In this document: positions 26,545 to 32,000 of the stretch, piece after piece
Layout: each line of letters begins with the position of its first letter
Position numbering within the stretch: the stretch's first letter is position 1
Source of the DNA: Candidatus Electronema halotolerans
GTDB lineage: Bacteria > Desulfobacterota > Desulfobulbia > Desulfobulbales > Desulfobulbaceae
NCBI GenBank assembly: GCA_942493095.1
Contig: OW818675.1
Span: 360,001 to 392,000, forward strand
DNA length: 32,000 nt
Reading direction: 5' to 3'
The notes under the pieces: generated by a model
What the model was told of the DNA's origin: nothing
The model's input: only the letters and a program-made list of their open reading frames with translations
Databases searched by the model: none
Translations under genes and position numbers: made by a program

Positions 26545-26689
26545 GCTCCTGCCTTTTTACCCGCAAAAAGCCTGTTCGTCAAGTCGGACAAGCGGTTGAC
26601 AAGGATTGAAAATACATTTACTGTTCAGTTACGTTCATTTTTGCCAGACTGCCCGGCCTTGCACAACAACAACTCTCATCAGGCTGCCG

Positions 26690-27172
26690 ATGAAAATATT
26701 CCTCTGCTCCACCCTGATCCTGCTTTTCCTGCTGGCCCTGCCGCTGCTTGGCGGTTGCGCCAAGTCCCAGAAAACAACTGAAGAGGAAGCACCGAGCGTC
26801 TCTCTTGCCGACATGGAGCTGGAGGGCATCAAGGGACTGGAGACCATCTTCCGCCTCCAGCTGCGGGTCATCAACCCGGACGAGGAACCGCTGGAAATCA
26901 GCAGTGTCCGCTGCACCTTGAAGGTGCAGGGCAAATCCTTTGCCAAAGGCTTTAATATCAGCCAGGTTACAGTGCCCGCCTCAGGCACGGCCACCGTGCC
27001 GGTGCGGGTCTATGCGGGCATGGCTGATCTGCTGGGTTCGGTGATTGATCTGCTCCAGCACAATGCCAGCCCTGCCAAGTCGCTCAAATATGAACTGACC
27101 GGCAGCCTGCGGCTCTCTGACAAAAGCAGCATTCCCTTCAAATTGAGCGGTGCCCTGCCACCAAAAGCATGA
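26690..27172 (+). CDS. LEA type 2-like lipoprotein
   Basis: Lipobox-like 'LALPLLGGCAKS', then 'LQLRVINPDEEPLEISSVRCTLKVQGKSFAKGFNISQVTVPASGTATVPVRV', typical of the LEA14/WHy beta-sandwich. Confidence 0.8.
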   Translation: MKIFLCSTLILLFLLALPLLGGCAKSQKTTEEEAPSVSLADMELEGIKGLETIFRLQLRVINPDEEPLEISSVRCTLKVQGKSFAKGFNISQVTVPASGTATVPVRVYAGMADLLGSVIDLLQHNASPAKSLKYELTGSLRLSDKSSIPFKLSGALPPKA

Positions 27173-27753
27173 CAGCGGTGCTCAGTGAGAAACAAGGCAG
27201 GCGGCTGCTCCAGCTGGCCCGGCAGGTGCTGGAGGAGCAGTTTGGCGGCCCGTCGTCAGAACAGGAAGGCTTGGATGAGCCGGAGCTGCGCCAGCACCGG
27301 GGTATCTTTGTCACCCTGCGCAAACAGGACCAGCTACGGGGCTGCATCGGCAGCCTGCTCGGCGTGGAGCCGCTGGTTGAGGGTGTGCGGCGGCACACGA
27401 TCAATGCCGCTTTTCATGATCATCGCTTTCCCCTGCTGACTGCCGAGGAGCTGCCACAGGTGCGGATTGAAATTTCCGTGCTCACTTCGCCGCAGCCATT
27501 GGAATACTTTGACGGCCACGATTTGCTCTGCAAGCTGCGGCCCAAAATTGACGGGGTGATCATCAAGCAGGGGCGGACTGGAGCCACCTTTCTCCCGCAA
27601 GTCTGGCACGAGCTGCCAGAGCCGCAGCTTTTTCTTGAGCAGCTCTGCCGCAAGGCCGGACTGCCCAGCGCAAGCTGGCGCAGCGGCGAACTGACCGTGC
27701 AGACCTATCAGGCCCTGCGTGTTGCCGAGGAGGAGTTGTCATGCTGGAACTGA
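27169..27753 (+). CDS. AMMECR1 domain / AmmeMemoRadiSam system protein A
   Basis: 'GIFVTLRKQDQLRGCIGSL', 'NAAFHDHRFPLLTAEELPQVRIEISVLTSPQPL', 'DGVIIKQGRTGATFLPQVWHELPEPQLFLEQLCRKAGLP'. Confidence 0.93.
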   Translation: MTAVLSEKQGRRLLQLARQVLEEQFGGPSSEQEGLDEPELRQHRGIFVTLRKQDQLRGCIGSLLGVEPLVEGVRRHTINAAFHDHRFPLLTAEELPQVRIEISVLTSPQPLEYFDGHDLLCKLRPKIDGVIIKQGRTGATFLPQVWHELPEPQLFLEQLCRKAGLPSASWRSGELTVQTYQALRVAEEELSCWN

Positions 27754-28367
27754 GCCTGCCGCCAAAGCTGACAGAGGAGCTGGCCGCCATCTATCAGACC
27801 TTGCAAGAAGAATATGACCGCACTGCGACGCGGATTCCCCTCACCTGCGCGGGCTGCCCGGACAACTGCTGCGATTCGTGGTTTTATCATCACACCTACA
27901 GCGAATGGGCCTATCTCTGGCAGGGCCTGCGGCTTTTGCAAGAGCAGGTTCTGGCCCAAATCGTTCAGCGGGCTGAGAACTATGTCCGGCAAAGTCAAGA
28001 CCAACTTGCTGCCGGGCAGAGGCCCCGGCTCTTATGTCCGTTAAATAAGGACGGCCTCTGCGCGCTGTATCAGCACCGGCTTTTGGTCTGCCGGATGCAC
28101 GGGGTTCCGGCTGTCATGACCCGGCCCGATGGCCAGAGCCTGCGCTTTCCCGGCTGCTTCCGCTGTCAGGAAATTGTCCAGGAAAAATACCATCAGGAGG
28201 ACGCGGCCCCGGCAATGGACAGAACTCAAATTTTCATCCGGCTGGCCGAGCTGGAGAATAGCCTCCTCCACGGCCAACGCCAGCGTGTTCCCAAAGTCAA
28301 AAAAACAATTGCCGAGATGATCGTGCAAGGGCCGCCGGTCATCGCCGCATCTCTTTCTTCAAGGTGA
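27741..28367 (+). CDS. YkgJ-family cysteine cluster protein
   Basis: 'CAGCPDNCCDSWF', 'RPRLLCPLNKDGLCALYQHRLLVCRMHGVP', 'FPGCFRC'. Confidence 0.8.
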   Translation: MLELSLPPKLTEELAAIYQTLQEEYDRTATRIPLTCAGCPDNCCDSWFYHHTYSEWAYLWQGLRLLQEQVLAQIVQRAENYVRQSQDQLAAGQRPRLLCPLNKDGLCALYQHRLLVCRMHGVPAVMTRPDGQSLRFPGCFRCQEIVQEKYHQEDAAPAMDRTQIFIRLAELENSLLHGQRQRVPKVKKTIAEMIVQGPPVIAASLSSR

Positions 28368-28373
28368 ATCATC

Positions 28374-29351
28374 ATGGCTGACCTGCTCCGGGAAACCTTC
28401 AGCACCATCACGGACGGCGCGGCACTGAGCCGGCAAACTGCTCTGCTGCTGGCCCGCTATCCTGACCAGCAGAAGCTCTGGTCAGCGGCAGACCGCCTGC
28501 GCTCCCGCTTCATGGGCGATCTTTTTCATCTCTGCTCAATCATCAATGCCCGCAGCGGTGCCTGCACCGAAGACTGCCGCTTCTGCGCCCAGTCCGCCCG
28601 CCACCATGCTGACAGCCCAGTCTATGCGATGATTGATCAGGATGAGGCCATGAGCATAGCCCGCAGCAACGCGGCAGCAGGCGTGCATCGGCTTTCCTTG
28701 GTGACCAGCGGTCGCACGCCGGACCAGGAAACCCTGACGCAGTGCGGCGCGCTCTATGAGCAAATCCGCCAAGAAACCCGTTTGGAGCTGTGCGCCTCAA
28801 TGGGGATATTGGATGAGCGTAAGGCTGGAATGCTCTCAGCAATGGGCGTGAGCCGCTATCACTGCAATCTGGAGACCTGCGAGCGGCGTTTTGCTGCGTT
28901 CTGCACCACGCATACGTGGCAGGAAAAGGTCAGCACCCTGAAAACAGCCGCCAATGCAGGCATGTCGATCTGCTCTGGCGGCATCATCGGCATGGGCGAA
29001 AGCATGGAGGACCGGATCGAGCTGGCCCTTGAGCTGCGCCATCTCGGCATCCGCTCCATTCCGATCAATATTCTCACCCCGATTCCCGGCACCCCGTTAG
29101 CCGACTGCCAGCCCTTGTCGCTGCCAGAGGTGCTGACCACAGTGGCATTGTTCCGCTTCCTCAACCCGGAGGCAGTGATTCGTATGGCTGGAGGCCGCCA
29201 GCAGCTCGGCCCGGATCAGTACCGCTGCTTCTTGGCCGGAGCCAACGGAGCCATAGTCGGCGACTACCTGACCACCCCCGGCCCGGCGGTCAGCGCTGAC
29301 ATAACCAAGCTGCGGGAAATGGGCTTTGTCTTCCGCCACTCCCCAGATTGA
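28374..29351 (+). CDS. bioB: biotin synthase (radical SAM)
   Basis: Radical SAM motif 'INARSGACTEDCRFCAQS', 'CSGGIIGMGESMEDRIELALELR', 'PINILTPIPGTPL', 'VIRMAGGRQQLG', 'LAGANGAIVGDYLTTPG'. Confidence 0.9.
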   Translation: MADLLRETFSTITDGAALSRQTALLLARYPDQQKLWSAADRLRSRFMGDLFHLCSIINARSGACTEDCRFCAQSARHHADSPVYAMIDQDEAMSIARSNAAAGVHRLSLVTSGRTPDQETLTQCGALYEQIRQETRLELCASMGILDERKAGMLSAMGVSRYHCNLETCERRFAAFCTTHTWQEKVSTLKTAANAGMSICSGGIIGMGESMEDRIELALELRHLGIRSIPINILTPIPGTPLADCQPLSLPEVLTTVALFRFLNPEAVIRMAGGRQQLGPDQYRCFLAGANGAIVGDYLTTPGPAVSADITKLREMGFVFRHSPD

Positions 29352-30184
29352 ACGCTGTGTTCCAGCCTGCAAACTGCATCAGCCTGCTTACAGACTTCGG
29401 GCTTGAGGATGTTTATGTCGGCCAGATGAAAGGAACCATCCTCAGCCGCAATCCAACAGCCCGGATTGTTGACCTCTGCCATGCCATTCCCTGTCAGGAC
29501 GTGCAGGCCGCCGCCCTCATGCTGCAAGCAAGCTGGCAGTTCTTTCCCGCAGGCACTGTGCATCTGACAGTGGTTGATCCGGGCGTGGGCAGCGACCGCC
29601 GCATTTTAGCCGCTCTGTCTGCGGAACATCTCTTCATCGCCCCGGACAACGGCCTTCTCTATCCGCTGCTTGAGGACGGAACAATCAGGCAAGTCCGCTT
29701 TTTGGACAACCCCGCCTTGGCTGCGGCCACGATCAGCCCCACCTTTCATGGCCGGGACATCATGGCTCCGGCAGCGGCAAGGCTGGCAGGCGGTTTTCCC
29801 TTTGCCAAGGTTGGCCCGGCCATAAAGCATGCTGTTTGCGTCCATCTGCATCTGCCCAAGCCAGTGCTCAAGGAAGGCTGCCTCCAAGGGCAGATATTGG
29901 CCCGCGATCATTTCGGCAATCTGCGCAGCAATATCAGCAAGGCTGATTTGCACACTTTTGCGCCGCTGGCTGAACTCCTGGTTCATATCTGCGGGCAGCA
30001 ACTGCCTCTCAGCAGGGCATACACCAATGCCCCGCCCGGCACCTTGCTGGCCTTGATCGACAGTGTCGGCTGCTTGGAAATTGCCGTCAATCAGGGCAGC
30101 GCAGCTGAAGTGCTGGCCTGCGCTGCGGGCGAACCGGTGACTGTGCGGCGGACTGCCTCTGCTTTTTCCTTGGAACGGCTCTGA
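29348..30184 (+). CDS. S-adenosyl-L-methionine hydroxide adenosyltransferase family protein (DUF62)
   Basis: 'ISLLTDFGLEDVYVGQMKG', 'VDLCHAIPCQDVQAAALML', 'HLTVVDPGVGSDRRILAA', 'FIAPDNGLLYPLL', 'FHGRDIMAPAAARLAGG', 'ARDHFGNLRSNI'. TTG start in an overlap with bioB. Confidence 0.93.
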   Translation: MNAVFQPANCISLLTDFGLEDVYVGQMKGTILSRNPTARIVDLCHAIPCQDVQAAALMLQASWQFFPAGTVHLTVVDPGVGSDRRILAALSAEHLFIAPDNGLLYPLLEDGTIRQVRFLDNPALAAATISPTFHGRDIMAPAAARLAGGFPFAKVGPAIKHAVCVHLHLPKPVLKEGCLQGQILARDHFGNLRSNISKADLHTFAPLAELLVHICGQQLPLSRAYTNAPPGTLLALIDSVGCLEIAVNQGSAAEVLACAAGEPVTVRRTASAFSLERL

Positions 30185-30225
30185 AGCCTTCCCAAATTTC
30201 AAAAAAATCTCAGAGAGAAACGTTT

Positions 30226-32000
30226 ATGCAACACAACACGCTCAAAAAAAAGGTCTTGGCAGTCATGTTCGTGCCGCTGCTGCTGGTCTCGTGCAACCGC
30301 CAGGATGAGAAAAAAGAAGCCCAGACTCCGAACCAGATTGTCAAGCAGGAGGAGGCAGCCAAGCCTGCGTCCATGCTCACGCTGGTGCCGGATGACACAG
30401 TCTTTTTTTTCGGCGGACTGGAGCCGGTGCCTCTGAAAGAGCTGCTGCAATGGAATGTCAACCGTTTCAAAATGCCGAAAAGTTTTGATCCCAAAGAGCT
30501 GCTGGAACCAGCCCGGAAAAAGGCTGAGACCCCAGGGCAGCGCATGGCCCTTCAGCTCTGGGCGGATTATTACGAAACCGCAGTCTCGCAGCAAGCCGCC
30601 TTGGCAAGCTGGGGCATTCCTGACAATCCGCTGCTTGCCTCTTACGCAGTCGGCCTGTCGCCAGTGCTCCGCATCAGTTTGGATGATGTCGGCAAGTTCA
30701 ATAAGAAAATTGAGGAAATGGAGGTCAAGGCGCAGGCCAAGGCCGAGCCGGAGACCTTGGGCAAGTTTGCTTGGAGACGCTATCCCCTGACCGAAAGCGG
30801 GCTGAAAATGAGCCTGATCATCGGCACGGACAGCAATGATGCGGTGTTCATGCTTGATGTCGGGGCAGACAGCGAAGATGCGCTTGCCTTGGCCATAGGC
30901 CGCCGCAAGCCGATGAAATCATTGGCCGAGAGCAAACGGCTTGAGTCGCTGCAAGCCAAGTACAGCCTGAATCCAGCCTTTATCGGCTATATTGATCACC
31001 GCCAGATTGTCACTGGCCTGACCACCAAAGACGGCAACTGGATGGCGAAAATGGTGCAGAAGCTTGCCCCGCAGCTGCCAAAGAAGGCGGCACGGTCGCT
31101 CGCTGCACTGCAAGCAGAAGGCTGCCAGAAGGATTTCACGGCCATTGCCGACAATTGGCCGCAGACGGTTGGCGGCTACACGACTTTTGATCTGAAGGCA
31201 ACACCTTCCCGGATTGATTCCATCACCGTGGTGGAAAGCAAGGACAAGGCCCTGCTGGACGGCCTGCGCTCACTGCGCGGTTTTGTTCCTGATTACAGTA
31301 ATGACCAAGCGGCTTTTTCCTTCGGCCTTGGTCTGAATATGGAAAACATTGCTCCCTTGCTCGTTCAGCAATGGAAGGATTTCACGGCCAAGCAGTACAG
31401 CTGCCCGCTGCTCCAAGAAATGCAGGCGGATGTGAAGCGGAAGAATCCTATGGCGGCCAGCATAGCCACCAGCATGGCCGCTGGAGTGCGGGGCCTTGCC
31501 TTTTCGCTCTTTGATCTGCAGATGGAGCCGCCGACCGCAGAAGGACAGACCCCTATGCCCAAGAGCCTTGACGCGCTCCTCAGTCTGTCCGCCAAAGACC
31601 CGGTCAGTTTGCTGCAAAACTTTGGGTTATTTTTTCCGCCCTTAGCTGCCTTGGACCTGCCTGCGGACGGCAGTCCGGTCCCGCTGCCTGTGCCGGTTTC
31701 CTTGCCTGTGACTCCGTCAGCCGCTGTCAATGGCCAGCACCTGACAGTCTATGCTGGCGAGCAGGGAAAAAAGGCGGCCAAGGCTTTGGCAGACGCAGCT
31801 CTTGACTCCTCGCCAGGCATCATGGCCGCTTCGATTGATTACAGCAAATATTATCAGCTGGCCGGAGATTTGATCGCCTATAAAACAGGAGAGCAGAACG
31901 CTGATGTGGCGGCCCTTTTCGAGGCCATGAAAAAGGCGAAGCTGCGGGTGTCGATGAAGCTGGACTTCACTGAGCGGGGCATTGAAATGACCGCAGACAT
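30226..32000 (+). CDS. putative lipoprotein, 3' end beyond window
   Basis: Continuous frame from ATG 30226: 'MQHNTLKKKVLAVMFVPLLLVSCNRQDEKKEAQTPNQIVKQEEAAKPASMLTLVPDDTVFFFGGLEPVPLKEL...' with lipobox-like LLLVSC; open to the window edge, hence absent from the ORF track. Confidence 0.8.
   Translation, partial: MQHNTLKKKVLAVMFVPLLLVSCNRQDEKKEAQTPNQIVKQEEAAKPASMLTLVPDDTVFFFGGLEPVPLKELLQWNVNRFKMPKSFDPKELLEPARKKAETPGQRMALQLWADYYETAVSQQAALASWGIPDNPLLASYAVGLSPVLRISLDDVGKFNKKIEEMEVKAQAKAEPETLGKFAWRRYPLTESGLKMSLIIGTDSNDAVFMLDVGADSEDALALAIGRRKPMKSLAESKRLESLQAKYSLNPAFIGYIDHRQIVTGLTTKDGNWMAKMVQKLAPQLPKKAARSLAALQAEGCQKDFTAIADNWPQTVGGYTTFDLKATPSRIDSITVVESKDKALLDGLRSLRGFVPDYSNDQAAFSFGLGLNMENIAPLLVQQWKDFTAKQYSCPLLQEMQADVKRKNPMAASIATSMAAGVRGLAFSLFDLQMEPPTAEGQTPMPKSLDALLSLSAKDPVSLLQNFGLFFPPLAALDLPADGSPVPLPVPVSLPVTPSAAVNGQHLTVYAGEQGKKAAKALADAALDSSPGIMAASIDYSKYYQLAGDLIAYKTGEQNADVAALFEAMKKAKLRVSMKLDFTERGIEMTAD

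Overview
This 32 kb window looks like a mostly housekeeping stretch of a Gram-negative anaerobe. By gene content it resembles a Desulfobacterota/Desulfobulbales-type chromosome, but that is inference from products; no database was consulted. Main blocks, left to right: Skp/OmpH-like protein, Fe-S/DUF3786-like protein, HldE-type kinase, yicC-remA-like-gmk, xseA-ubiX, elbB, an Fo ATP synthase operon (atpZ/atpI-like, atpB, atpE), an Rpn/PD-(D/E)XK nuclease-like gene with an AT-rich orphan island, hemL, a J-domain-like gene, trxA-trxB, bamD, a GspE/PilB-type ATPase, an AI-2E transporter, dapL, a MinD/ferredoxin ATPase pair with a NifX/orange-protein-like gene, a two-domain repeat protein, trmJ-like methyltransferase, tRNA-Ser(CGA), LEA-like lipoprotein, AMMECR1-YkgJ-BioB-SAM hydroxide adenosyltransferase, and an edge-truncated lipoprotein missing from the ORF track. 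The least ordinary part is 20.6-23.9 kb. Two related decayed modules lie about 2.7 kb apart, on either side of the MinD/orange-protein-like trio. They share about 91% identical segments, each ends in a perfect 28-30 nt palindrome with compensatory changes, and they contain remnants of a membrane-anchored TPR gene. I found no CRISPR array, no complete transposon, no prophage and no clear new defence system.
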